A stretch of DNA of 24,000 nucleotides from Enterobacter phage PG7. The notes beneath the pieces were generated by a model, which was not told where the DNA came from, ran no database searches, and saw nothing but the letters and a program-made list of their open reading frames with translations. A program made the position numbers and the translations under genes. Below are positions 1 through 8,180 of this stretch, in pieces. The stretch lies in the sequence record KJ101592.1; one strand, given 5' to 3'. Positions within the stretch are counted from its first letter, which is position 1; each line of letters starts with the position of its first letter.

Positions 1-264
1 AGTATGAAGCATATCAAGAGCAACAGTTTCTCCTGACTGAGCGAGTTCCAACCAATACTTGAGAGAATAGAGTTCATGGTCAACATCATCGTGAGAATTC
101 TTCGTTGAAGTGTTGTTAGTATTCATATTAGTATGGTTCATTGCACGACCCATAAGAATATCTTTTGGGTGTGGAACGAAGATTTCTTTGAAGTCCGTGT
201 CACTTTCTGGTGTTGAAGTGCCGTAAAGATGGCTACCGAAGTAGCCTTTCATAACTGTTTTCAT
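1..264 (-). CDS. Putative nucleotidyltransferase (Pol-beta-like), C-terminus runs off the window
   Basis: Translated by hand from CAT at 262-264: MKTVMKGYFGSHLYGTSTPESDTDFKEIFVPHPKDI...; GSxxYG...SDxDxK pattern of minimal nucleotidyltransferases. ATGA overlap with the next gene. Confidence 0.7.
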   Translation of the reverse strand, partial: MKTVMKGYFGSHLYGTSTPESDTDFKEIFVPHPKDILMGRAMNHTNMNTNNTSTKNSHDDVDHELYSLKYWLELAQSGETVALDMLHT

Positions 265-815
265 TTAGTCGGTTGACCCCATGTGAATTGACCACCGAAA
301 GCCGCAATCAATGAAGTGTCATTCAGATTAACTGGCAGACCGTCGCCGCTTTCGGATTCGAGGAACATTGTACCACCATTTTTAGTGATAGCAATTACAG
401 TGAATTCTTTAGAACCCTTTTGGAAGACATCACCAACAACTACCGGAATATTTTTAAAACCATAAGCTTCCGCTTCATATGTTTCTGTATATCGGCCGTC
501 TTTTGGTCTGAAATTAGTGAAATCAACCAGGTACTTATTACGAATTGAAGTTACATACACATTAGTAACGCCGTATGATGTAATTTTATCTTCATCATAA
601 ATGAAGAGTTCAATCATTACACGAGTTGAATATACTTTTAAAACAGCTCGTTGATTTTTATTGATTTTAAGGAAAATATGAGTTGCTCCTTGGCAACGGC
701 TAATAAAATCAATTTCACCGTCAAATTCTGTTGTTCCTGATTGAACAGTAATTGAGCGTCCAACTTCAAGTTCTTTCTTTACAATGCCTTTAGCTTTCAC
801 TTGACGAATAAACAT
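261..815 (-). CDS. Hypothetical protein, beta-rich, repeated short segments (possible KOW/SH3-like)
   Basis: Long ORF, compact spacing with neighbours, SD-like sequence upstream. Confidence 0.7.
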   Translation of the reverse strand: MFIRQVKAKGIVKKELEVGRSITVQSGTTEFDGEIDFISRCQGATHIFLKINKNQRAVLKVYSTRVMIELFIYDEDKITSYGVTNVYVTSIRNKYLVDFTNFRPKDGRYTETYEAEAYGFKNIPVVVGDVFQKGSKEFTVIAITKNGGTMFLESESGDGLPVNLNDTSLIAAFGGQFTWGQPTK

Positions 816-824
816 AATATTTTC

Positions 825-1046
825 CTATAAGAAGCGCCATGAGCCATTACGATATGCAACTGAACGGTCCATCATTTCGGAAGATGTAGAACTTCCGCTG
901 AGTTTGTCATGAACTACTGTAATTTTGCGTCCGTCAGCAAAAATAAATTCTGCTACTGGACGCAGGCCAGTAAAGCCTTTGTCCACAGTTGCATTAAATT
1001 TAGCAGATTCACCGTTGATAATATAGTTCTGGTCTTGTTTAAGCAT
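825..1046 (-). CDS. Hypothetical small protein
   Basis: ORF abutting next gene (start/stop overlap near 1046). Confidence 0.6.
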   Translation of the reverse strand: MLKQDQNYIINGESAKFNATVDKGFTGLRPVAEFIFADGRKITVVHDKLSGSSTSSEMMDRSVAYRNGSWRFL

Positions 1047-1498
1047 TATTTAAATTCCAAAGTTGGGCAGAACTTCTCTTTGCGAGCTTTAATGAAAGCA
1101 ATAATGATATTAGGTTGTGGTTCAACGTAAGTACCATTTCTGATAGCTTCCCATTTTTTATCTTCTTTCTTTTCTTTTCGTCTTTGAACGACTCGATAAA
1201 TTCCGTAACCAATACAGAAAATTGTACCAAAAATAGCGGCCAGAATAAGCCAACCAACAATCAACCCAGGAATAATTGCTACAGCAGAAGACAGAACTAC
1301 ACCACACTTAGCAAACAACCATGTAGCTACATCGACACCAGAACCCCAACCAGCGAAGCACACAGCGAATACAGCAAATGCCAGAAGGAATGTGTGCCAT
1401 ACACCTTTCCAAAAATATGGACACAGAGAACGTGGGGCGCTTTCAGCGCCATTCATAGTAACGAGTTTGTAGTGCCAAGAGTTAGTATTGATTTGCAT
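1046..1498 (-). CDS. Small membrane protein with two hydrophobic segments
   Basis: ORF; hydrophobic stretches FLLAFAVFAVCFAGW and VVLSSAVAIIPGLIVGWLILAAIFGTIFCIGYGIY followed by a basic tail. Confidence 0.7.
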   Translation of the reverse strand: MQINTNSWHYKLVTMNGAESAPRSLCPYFWKGVWHTFLLAFAVFAVCFAGWGSGVDVATWLFAKCGVVLSSAVAIIPGLIVGWLILAAIFGTIFCIGYGIYRVVQRRKEKKEDKKWEAIRNGTYVEPQPNIIIAFIKARKEKFCPTLEFK

Positions 1499-1532
1499 TA
1501 TAATTTCCTTTCAATTCAGTTATTTAAAGTTT

Positions 1533-1694
1533 TTAGAAGTGGTCATATGAGGTATTGTAACCTGCAACCATAAAAGGCAATTTCTCAGCTTCTTCTTTAA
1601 GAAGCTCAACTTCTTCGCCTTGGGAAATAATTGTGAGAATATCTTTATCGGCATTAACGAAGGAGCATTGTTTTAATATCAGCATGCCCACCAT
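1533..1694 (-). CDS. Hypothetical small protein (start MVGMLILKQ...)
   Basis: ORF, internal start preferred over the longer track start. Confidence 0.45.
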   Translation of the reverse strand: MVGMLILKQCSFVNADKDILTIISQGEEVELLKEEAEKLPFMVAGYNTSYDHF

Positions 1695-1759
1695 AAACTG
1701 ATTCAGCTTTATAGTTGATAGTAGCATCTAACCCTGGGACGTTCCAATCTAAAGTGCAC

Positions 1760-2038
1760 TTAGTCATTTACTTGTTCCTTACGAGCTCGTTCTTTAAGTT
1801 GCTCTTGAATTTTGAGCATTGTTTCTGTATATTCTTCTGAATTAGCTCTTACTATACTAGAAGAATATGGAAGCGATTCATGATATTTCAAAAATCTCTC
1901 AAGATGCGGTTTGTATTGAGTAGAGAAATTGTACATCAAAAATCCCGTAGCACTTACGTGAGTACAAATTTCATACTGAAATGTTCCGTCATATTGACGA
2001 GTAACAATAATATCTTTTAACTCAAGACTTAGGCTCAT
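1760..2038 (-). CDS. Hypothetical protein
   Basis: ORF; start MSLSLELKD with GGAG-like SD. Confidence 0.6.
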   Translation of the reverse strand: MSLSLELKDIIVTRQYDGTFQYEICTHVSATGFLMYNFSTQYKPHLERFLKYHESLPYSSSIVRANSEEYTETMLKIQEQLKERARKEQVND

Positions 2039-2228
2039 TGACTTCTCCTGCATAAAGTTTAAGAATGAAAAACGCTACCTTTAAAGCCTCTTCTTTACTT
2101 AAATGAAGAGGAGAGCCAGCATAACATGCTCCTTCAGGGACTGCATGTTCTAGAACAATTTCATCTTCTTTAGTACGAATGTCTAAACTTCCTAGATGAA
2201 ATTGTTCATATCCCCAAGGGTCTTTCAT
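2022..2228 (-). CDS. Hypothetical protein
   Basis: ORF in a coupled gene string. Confidence 0.6.
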   Translation of the reverse strand: MKDPWGYEQFHLGSLDIRTKEDEIVLEHAVPEGACYAGSPLHLSKEEALKVAFFILKLYAGEVNEPKS

Positions 2229-2518
2229 TGCATCTCCTTAATAGCTTTTAAGAAGTTATCAAGATTCTCTTTACTGCAAAAAGATACGCAGCCATAGCTT
2301 CCATCTTTTGCTTCAAATGTAAATGAATCATCACCATAGTCAGTGTAATCAATATTAGGGCATTGATTACATTCAATCAAATGTGCTTTGTCCAGACGAA
2401 AATGGATTTTGAACAAATCTTCATCACCTTCATGACCAAGTTTGCAAAAGTTTCCACGTACTTCAAGAACTAGAGGACCATGTACTGAGCCGCTTTCAAA
2501 TGTATGTTTCATAATCAC
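2225..2518 (-). CDS. Hypothetical protein
   Basis: ORF with ATGA-type overlaps on both sides. Confidence 0.65.
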   Translation of the reverse strand: MIMKHTFESGSVHGPLVLEVRGNFCKLGHEGDEDLFKIHFRLDKAHLIECNQCPNIDYTDYGDDSFTFEAKDGSYGCVSFCSKENLDNFLKAIKEMQ

Positions 2519-2784
2519 CTCAATTGCGAATCTTTTGAACCGCGTCTGTTGTAAGACGCTTTAACGATAGTGTCGTGTGAGCTTTGACAAGCCACACACC
2601 TGGTACATCCTTTTTGAGCTTTGCGTCTAGCTTCCGGAATTTCTCCGTCGCAATCTTCGCAATATTCTTCACTCTCGCGATTTTGAGATTTGATGAGCTC
2701 CAAACGAGCCCATTCAATTCCATCACTTACTGTAGCTTCAATAGCTGCAAATCCGTCGTCACTTGGACCCCATCCACTTGCCAT
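2515..2784 (-). CDS. TraR/DksA-family C4 zinc-finger protein
   Basis: EYCEDCDGEIPEARRKAQKGCTRCVACQ matches the C-x2-C...EIPxxRR...C-x2-C family motif. Confidence 0.88.
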   Translation of the reverse strand: MASGWGPSDDGFAAIEATVSDGIEWARLELIKSQNRESEEYCEDCDGEIPEARRKAQKGCTRCVACQSSHDTIVKASYNRRGSKDSQLR

Positions 2785-2808
2785 TACAAACTCCTTTGAA
2801 CGAGGTCC

Positions 2809-2838
2809 ATTATACCATTAACCAAGTTATATGTAAAC
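2809..2838 (-). promoter_or_regulatory. T4-type early promoter
   Basis: Minus strand GTTTAC (2838-2833), 18-nt spacer, TATAAT (2814-2809). Confidence 0.7.
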
Positions 2839-2890
2839 AGCGGATTGTGATATTGAACAAACAGATAAAGCAGCACAAATACCGTTCTCA

Positions 2891-3358
2891 TTACCAGCCT
2901 GCCGTATCAAATTCACCGTCATCATAGATATCACCCCAACCCCAACCCATTCGTTCTTCCAGAACTCGGATTGGAGTCCAATGGTCAGCATATTCCTGGT
3001 CTTCCGGAGAAGAGAATTTATTTGCTTTGAGTTCTTTCATAAATTCTAAAGCAGATTCAACATCACCAAACAGACGATCCAAGTTATGAGGCTTACGTTC
3101 AGCATTTTCAAATACAGCGTTATCACCAGGGCAGATTTGAGTGCGGTAAGACCGCTTCAATTCACCGTTGATGCCAGTGTATTCACAGATGATATCAACC
3201 ATTAAAATATCTGAAGTTGGACTACGATATGGCTTACTCAGAATGATGTATTTCTCAACACTATCCAAAGATACTTCAGTTTCAGTACGAGATACACCAT
3301 ACACGTGATACATGATGCGGCCTGGAACGAAATCAGATAATTTAGTAATACGATTCAT
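2891..3358 (-). CDS. Hypothetical protein (start MNRITKLSDF...)
   Basis: ORF; start placed after a GAGGAG SD. Confidence 0.7.
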   Translation of the reverse strand: MNRITKLSDFVPGRIMYHVYGVSRTETEVSLDSVEKYIILSKPYRSPTSDILMVDIICEYTGINGELKRSYRTQICPGDNAVFENAERKPHNLDRLFGDVESALEFMKELKANKFSSPEDQEYADHWTPIRVLEERMGWGWGDIYDDGEFDTAGW

Positions 3359-3386
3359 GATGTTCTCCTCTTGTTTGTGTAAGGTC

Positions 3387-3416
3387 ATAGTATCACCTTT
3401 TGAGGAGGATGTAAAC
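3387..3416 (-). promoter_or_regulatory. T4-type early promoter
   Basis: Minus strand GTTTAC (3416-3411), 18-nt spacer, TACTAT. Confidence 0.6.
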
Positions 3417-3436
3417 GGTTCCTTTAAAACAACAAA

Positions 3437-3461
3437 AGCCCTGACCAAAAAAGTCAGGGCT
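3437..3461 (-). terminator. Rho-independent terminator
   Basis: Minus strand AGCCCTGAC-TTTTTTG-GTCAGGGCT followed by TTTTG, directly after the ORF ending at 3466. Confidence 0.75.
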
Positions 3462-3465
3462 CAAA

Positions 3466-3858
3466 TTATTCCAAAGACAGCAAGTATTTGGTTTGAAACA
3501 CTATACCATTGATTTCGTCAATTGTGTTTCTGATTGCTCCAGGCATCTTGTCGTAGATGCTTTCAGCTTTTGCTGTGATGCTATCGAGCATCTCAATTGT
3601 GTCAGTAGGCAAATCCTGTTGCGATGATATAGATGGGGTGTACTTTTTACCGGACCATCCAAGCCATTGCTCTCCGAACTTGTCGGTTAACTCAGGGATT
3701 GCATCAAAGAAGAAATTGTATGCTTTGTGACGAGCATAGCTTTTAGTTTCAAAATGAGCTGAGTGGAAGTATGATGCAGAAGCCATCAAAAGACCAATGA
3801 ACTCATCCTCTGGAAGTTTCTTTCCGGTTGTTATGAAATCTTCAAATTTCGTTTTCAA
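3466..3858 (-). CDS. Hypothetical protein downstream of rI
   Basis: ORF, start overlaps the rI stop. Confidence 0.7.
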   Translation of the reverse strand: MKTKFEDFITTGKKLPEDEFIGLLMASASYFHSAHFETKSYARHKAYNFFFDAIPELTDKFGEQWLGWSGKKYTPSISSQQDLPTDTIEMLDSITAKAESIYDKMPGAIRNTIDEINGIVFQTKYLLSLE

Positions 3859-4117
3859 GTTTAACCTTCGTTAGAGAAACATATTGCTTACCAGCATGAA
3901 CTCCTTCTTCAGTGCACTGGGTAGTACAACTTGAAGCTGCCCATTTCTGCTTAATGAAAGAAAAGAAACGTTCAGATTCTTCTTTAGAAGGTTCTTTGAA
4001 CTTGCTATATACTGCCATAGCACCATCAGCATATTGTTCAAAGTTTGCTTCTTCTGCCGATACGGGCGAGATTAAAGTGGCTGCAAATAAAATCGCAGCC
4101 AATGCACGTAGAGTCAT
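3842..4117 (-). CDS. rI: RI-like lysis inhibition antiholin (periplasmic)
   Basis: MTLRALAAILFAATLISPVSAEEANFEQYADGAMAVYSKF...ERFFSFIKQKW...SSCTTQCTEEGVHAGKQY...KLENE resembles T4 RI: signal sequence, FYSFMR-like segment, Cys pair, KLE tail. Start moved to 4117. Confidence 0.85.
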   Translation of the reverse strand: MTLRALAAILFAATLISPVSAEEANFEQYADGAMAVYSKFKEPSKEESERFFSFIKQKWAASSCTTQCTEEGVHAGKQYVSLTKVKLENEI

Positions 4118-4124
4118 AAAAGCC

Positions 4125-4337
4125 TCAGCGTTGTCCTGTATTGAGTTTGTGCTGAAGAACAGCCTTAACTTTATCGAGGTATTTTTGCAGCTGGCGTTTA
4201 CGCAAATAGTCTGGACGTGCACCATGCTGGCGAAACTCTTCGTTTAGACTTGAGATAGCGTGGCCAATCTCGCACTTAATTTCTTCCAGTTGAGATACAC
4301 CAAGATTACGAAGTTGCTTATCGTTCAAATGCTTCAT
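4125..4337 (-). CDS. Small protein upstream of rI
   Basis: ORF in the rI operon with a late promoter just upstream. Confidence 0.6.
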   Translation of the reverse strand: MKHLNDKQLRNLGVSQLEEIKCEIGHAISSLNEEFRQHGARPDYLRKRQLQKYLDKVKAVLQHKLNTGQR

Positions 4338-4361
4338 ACATACCTCATTAGTTAGTAATAG

Positions 4362-4369
4362 TATTTATA
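4362..4369 (-). promoter_or_regulatory. T4-type late promoter -10
   Basis: Exact TATAAATA on the minus strand upstream of the rI operon. Confidence 0.75.
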
Positions 4370-4396
4370 AAGGGGAGCATGCTCCCCAATTTAACT

Positions 4397-4757
4397 TTAG
4401 TCCCACAGCCAATAGCAAAGACCTTTCTCATACTTACGAGCAGCCTTTTCGTCCCAGTTGTAGTCCGTGTCGTTTCTCAACGAGCGTTTGATTTCCATCT
4501 TGTGCATGACGCGCGGGATGGATGTCACATAACGATGCCAACGTTCTTCAACGTAAGAAGCTTCGCGATGTACTTCAGAAGCGACTTCATCTAACCAGTC
4601 CTGATTGTTTTTCAGACGGATTTCAGTTGTGTCTCCAACGAATAATCATGCAACGATAAGTGTCTTTGCACAGATGGTAAAATTCGTTGTTATATTGCTG
4701 GAAACGACATGCTGAAGTGCGCTTATTAAAACCTTTACGACGAATAGTTCTTGACAT
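4397..4757 (-). pseudogene. Gene split by a +1 frame difference (possible frameshift or sequencing indel)
   Basis: Frame a: MSRTIRRKGFNKRTSACRFQQYNNEFYHLCKDTYRCMI...; frame b: FVGDTTEIRLKNNQDWLDEVASEVHREASYVEERWHRYVTSIPRVMHKMEIKRSLRNDTDYNWDEKAARKYEKGLCYWLWD*. Frames meet at 4626-4645. Confidence 0.6.
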
Positions 4758-4832
4758 ATCTACCTCTTGAGTTAAAGTACCTCAATGGTAGTAAAATCCT
4801 GCTTTAAAATATTTCATGGTGATATCTTACCT

Positions 4833-4925
4833 TCAATTAAAATCTTTAAGAATCCAAGTAAAGCTGCTATGATAAACCCAAGCAGCTGGAAAAGCGAATA
4901 ACCAAAATAATACATCAATAGTCAT
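4833..4925 (-). CDS. 30-aa hydrophobic small protein
   Basis: MTIDVLFWLFAFPAAWVYHSSFTWILKDFN*; ATGA overlap with the upstream gene. Not in the supplied track. Confidence 0.5.
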   Translation of the reverse strand: MTIDVLFWLFAFPAAWVYHSSFTWILKDFN

Positions 4926-5053
4926 CCTAATGTTACCTTGCATTTGCATTTTGGACATTCAACTTCTTTTACGCGAAGACGCTTTGTCTTTGTGCGAGGA
5001 GCGGTATCATGGTCATAAACATGAAGACATCGATAGCAAATGACTAATTTCAT
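4922..5053 (-). CDS. 43-aa putative zinc-ribbon protein
   Basis: MKLVICYRCLHVYDHDTAPRTKTKRLRVKEVECPKCKCKVTLG*: CxxC ... CPKC. Not in the supplied track. Confidence 0.6.
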   Translation of the reverse strand: MKLVICYRCLHVYDHDTAPRTKTKRLRVKEVECPKCKCKVTLG

Positions 5054-5080
5054 CAGTAGATAGCCTCGAAGATTTTTACA

Positions 5081-5665
5081 CTATTCATAAATACCAGTCA
5101 TTTCGCACCAATGTTTTCGACAGAGTGTGACGTATTTGTCTTCACCACCTAATTCAATAGTATCACCTTCTACGATAGCATTTCCTTCTTGGTCAACACG
5201 AGCAACCATTGTTGCTTTACGACCACAGTGGCAAACACCCTTCAGTTCGCAGAGTTTATCTGCAGTCGCCAGAAGAGCGGCAGAGCCCTTAAATAAGTTA
5301 CCACGGAAATCTGTACGAAGTCCATAGGCCATCACTGGAGTGTTATAGAGGTCAACAATTTGACACAATTGAAGAACGTGAGACTGGGTCAAGAATTGAG
5401 CTTCGTCAACAAACACACAGTGAATATCTTTTTGAGTCTGCGCCCATTTGAAAAACTCAAGAATGTCCATGTCTTCAGTGATGGTATTTGCTTCAGCATG
5501 TAGACCAACACGAGATACAACTTCATTTGCTGAATCTCGCGTGTCAATAGCTGGCTTAAGAATGAGTGTTCCCATTCCACGCTCTTTATAGTTATGAGCT
5601 GCTGTAAGCAGAGATGCTGATTTACCAGCATTCATTGAAGCATAGTTAAAATAAAGCTGAGCCAT
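5081..5665 (-). CDS. tk: Thymidine kinase
   Basis: MAQLYFNYASMNAGKSASLLTAAHNYKERGM...CVFVDEAQFL...CHCGRKATM...LCRKHW; close to T4 Tk. Confidence 0.97.
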   Translation of the reverse strand: MAQLYFNYASMNAGKSASLLTAAHNYKERGMGTLILKPAIDTRDSANEVVSRVGLHAEANTITEDMDILEFFKWAQTQKDIHCVFVDEAQFLTQSHVLQLCQIVDLYNTPVMAYGLRTDFRGNLFKGSAALLATADKLCELKGVCHCGRKATMVARVDQEGNAIVEGDTIELGGEDKYVTLCRKHWCEMTGIYE

Positions 5666-6120
5666 TATTCGCCGTCCCAATCAATTACAATAATATCAAC
5701 ATTTGGAGTAAACATATTAATTAGTGCCTCAATTTTTTCCCAATCGCCGCCAGCGATGCCAGCACCAATACGAGGAATATAAACATCCATTCTGAACAAA
5801 GAACCAGATAAGAATTTGTCCATTTTCTGAAAAGCATTAACTAATGCGCCATAATAAAGATTAGGACCTGGTTCATACTGAGTGTAAAGATTAAAGCAAG
5901 CACCACCATTTAGTGCTAACGCTAAGCTAAAAGTTCCAAGCTTTTTATGGTCAGCATAATCTGTAGCTGCTTTGTCAGTTGACAAAATAACCGGAAATTT
6001 TGAAGCAAGTTGTCCTGCTACGCCAGCACCCATAGTATGGAAACAGTTACAACCATGAGCAATAACTTTGCCTTCAGAATATAGCTTAACAATATCGCCT
6101 TTAATATAATTTACAATCAT
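5665..6120 (-). CDS. tk.4: Macro-domain protein (Tk.4-like, ADP-ribose-1''-phosphate phosphatase-type)
   Basis: YIKGDIVKL...VIAHGCNCFHTMGAGVAGQLASKFP...VYIPRIGAGIAGGDWEKIEALI is a typical macro domain; located next to tk as in T4. Confidence 0.9.
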   Translation of the reverse strand: MIVNYIKGDIVKLYSEGKVIAHGCNCFHTMGAGVAGQLASKFPVILSTDKAATDYADHKKLGTFSLALALNGGACFNLYTQYEPGPNLYYGALVNAFQKMDKFLSGSLFRMDVYIPRIGAGIAGGDWEKIEALINMFTPNVDIIVIDWDGE

Positions 6121-6536
6121 CTTTTCCTCAACTCAGGTATGCTTTTAAATTGATAAGTAGCGTAGTTTTCAAATTCATCGTAAACTCGCGCATAAATTTC
6201 TTCGCCACATGTTAACTTTTTGAAAGACTTCAAATCTCTTTCAGAAAAATCTATCGATACTCCATTGATGATTCCGGAGGATTTGGCTCCGCAACCTCGA
6301 AAATGAATTGAACCACCCGGAATAATAGCTTGGTCTTCTTTGTTAGAATAATTGTAAAATGATACACCAAAAGCTTTCTTTTTCGGATAGTAAGAAACTT
6401 CAATATTCTTTTTAAACGAACCGGTTGTTTCAACTAGCTTACCATCAATAGCGTAGATATTATCAGGATAGCCTGGGAGTTTTTCCCAGGCATTTACCGA
6501 TAATGGTAGAGCTAGCAGAAATGCTGCTATTTTCAC
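6117..6536 (-). CDS. Secreted or periplasmic hypothetical protein
   Basis: Signal peptide MKIAAFLLALPLSVNAWE; coupled ORF. Confidence 0.7.
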   Translation of the reverse strand: MKIAAFLLALPLSVNAWEKLPGYPDNIYAIDGKLVETTGSFKKNIEVSYYPKKKAFGVSFYNYSNKEDQAIIPGGSIHFRGCGAKSSGIINGVSIDFSERDLKSFKKLTCGEEIYARVYDEFENYATYQFKSIPELRKR

Positions 6537-6718
6537 TTAGATAATCCCGCTATATACACCCTCAATAACGTATCACGATATTCTTCGCATACGTTTACAT
6601 CAGGTGCATTATCACACAACGACTCAAGGTCTTTAGCCTTACGAGCCACCAAGGTAGACCATTTAAAGGCGGCTACCAGAATCAGTTTGTCCTTCAGCAT
6701 AAGTTTTGTCAAAGTCAA
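6533..6718 (-). CDS. Hypothetical small protein
   Basis: ORF, ATGA overlap with the downstream gene; 5' end overlaps the lipoprotein ORF. Confidence 0.5.
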   Translation of the reverse strand: MTLTKLMLKDKLILVAAFKWSTLVARKAKDLESLCDNAPDVNVCEEYRDTLLRVYIAGLSK

Positions 6719-6860
6719 ATGACAAAATGTTCAAACACTCTGTATTAGTCTTAGTGCAGAATTGCTTTGCTAATACTAAAGAATCATCTTGTTCAGTAGC
6801 AAAATCAACTTTACACCCAGATAGAGCAAAAACTATTAGAAGTACAAACAACTTTTTCAT
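6663..6860 (-). CDS. Putative small lipoprotein
   Basis: MKKLFVLLIVFALSGCKVD: lipobox LSGC. Confidence 0.6.
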   Translation of the reverse strand: MKKLFVLLIVFALSGCKVDFATEQDDSLVLAKQFCTKTNTECLNILSFDFDKTYAEGQTDSGSRL

Positions 6861-7408
6861 TATTCCACCGTATAATGAAGTATTTTACGAGATTTCAAGT
6901 AATTCGCCTTTGCTAATACTTCAGAGGCGTACTTGTTGCCGGCTTTCCACTTGTTTCCTGCGTTGTATGACGCTATGGCTTTTCTCATATCACCGTTATG
7001 ACGGTCTAACCAATAACTTAACTCAATATACGCCCAAGCGGCGGAGTGCTTCCGGCTCTTTGCCATGCGGATGATTTCAGCGTCTGTCATTGACCATCCG
7101 GCTTGTTTAACTCTTTCCCTAAGTGTAGGAAGATAATTTTGAAATATCCCGTAAGCTTGATGCCCATGTTTACCAGTTGTACGTAAGCCTGCAGAACTTT
7201 CCTGCCAGACTAGTGCAGCCATAATGTAACCAAGTCCATCATTGTCATAGCGCTTACTATGGTCTTTATACTTCCCATTCTTCTGAAATTGTTCACCAAA
7301 CGAATATGCGTATTGCAAATTGTCGAGTTGGACATTACTGAAGGTGTGTTCGGACGCGAATCCTAGAGACGAAACTAGGAGTAACGCCGCGCATAGAGCT
7401 TTTTTCAT
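6860..7408 (-). CDS. vs.1: Vs.1-like secreted lysozyme/transglycosylase-fold protein
   Basis: Signal peptide MKKALCAALLLVSSLGFASE, ALVWQESSAG...HQAYGIFQN...ASYNAGN; directly upstream of tk.4 and downstream of regB in transcription, as expected from T4 synteny. Confidence 0.75.
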   Translation of the reverse strand: MKKALCAALLLVSSLGFASEHTFSNVQLDNLQYAYSFGEQFQKNGKYKDHSKRYDNDGLGYIMAALVWQESSAGLRTTGKHGHQAYGIFQNYLPTLRERVKQAGWSMTDAEIIRMAKSRKHSAAWAYIELSYWLDRHNGDMRKAIASYNAGNKWKAGNKYASEVLAKANYLKSRKILHYTVE

Positions 7409-7420
7409 GTTTACCTCAAA

Positions 7421-7891
7421 TTAAAGATATAACTTGATAATCTTTGTGCTGATTTTACCTTTCAAGCGTTTATCATTTACGAATGCCATGCGACATTGCA
7501 TGGAGTGACCGCGGAACGGATGTTCTGGGTTTGGTAGAGAGACAGTCATTCCAAGCCATAGAGTACCATCTGTGATTTCCAGACGTTGAGGTCTGTACTC
7601 TACTTCTGGGTCAATTTCCGATGGGTCAATTGGAAGCATCGGCATTTCTAAGAACTCGTGAATTTCTGTTACATGATTGTGTACTTTGTGGAACAGAGCG
7701 AACACATACTCTTCATCAATTTCTCTCTGGATAGCACGGTCCAGGAGGTGATTAGAATATTTAATAAAGAAAGCTGGAATACCAGCAGATGCGCAAGCAC
7801 TACGTATAGAATCGTTTACACTCTTGAATTCAGTCTCAAAGCGACGACGTAGCTTGTTTCGGCGGATGAATACTTCTGGGTTAGTTGTCAT
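7421..7891 (-). CDS. regB: RegB site-specific endoribonuclease
   Basis: NPEVFIRRNKLRRRFETEF...YSNHLLDRAIQREIDEEYVFALFHKV...YRPQRLEITDGTLWLG...; near T4 RegB. ATG at 7891 with AAAGGAG SD. Confidence 0.95.
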   Translation of the reverse strand: MTTNPEVFIRRNKLRRRFETEFKSVNDSIRSACASAGIPAFFIKYSNHLLDRAIQREIDEEYVFALFHKVHNHVTEIHEFLEMPMLPIDPSEIDPEVEYRPQRLEITDGTLWLGMTVSLPNPEHPFRGHSMQCRMAFVNDKRLKGKISTKIIKLYL

Positions 7892-7912
7892 TTTCAATCT
7901 CCTTTGTTGATA

Positions 7913-7949
7913 GGGCTATAGTATCATAGCCCTTGGAGAAAGTAAATAG
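7913..7949 (-). promoter_or_regulatory. Early promoter-like region overlapping a 7-bp hairpin upstream of regB
   Basis: Minus ATTTAC ... TATGATACTATAG; GGGCTAT-GATACT-ATAGCCC palindrome at 7913-7932. Confidence 0.45.
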
Positions 7950-8180
7950 TCAGTAGTTATGGTCATCATAGAACACTTGAAGCAGAACATTGCTACGCAG
8001 CTTCTTGGTGTCCGCGATGCGTTGACGGAGCTTGGAGATTTTGTCCTGAACAGCATTGAAAGCATCAGAAGTCTTAGGGTCATGAAGACCCATAGACTCA
8101 TCCACAAGCTGCTCCATCTTTTCTTCCATAGCATTGATAGCTTCAGAGAAAGATTCGGAGACTTTGTTGCGGATAGACAT
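7950..8180 (-). CDS. Coiled-coil small protein (vs.3-like position)
   Basis: ORF starting MSIRNKVSESFSEAINAMEEK; start overlaps the stop of acb2. Confidence 0.7.
   Translation of the reverse strand: MSIRNKVSESFSEAINAMEEKMEQLVDESMGLHDPKTSDAFNAVQDKISKLRQRIADTKKLRSNVLLQVFYDDHNY

Noticed and set aside
1115-1573. Plus-strand ORF of 152 aa
   Set aside because: Mirror of the minus-strand membrane protein gene; all anchored genes are on the minus strand and the translation looks like antisense sequence.
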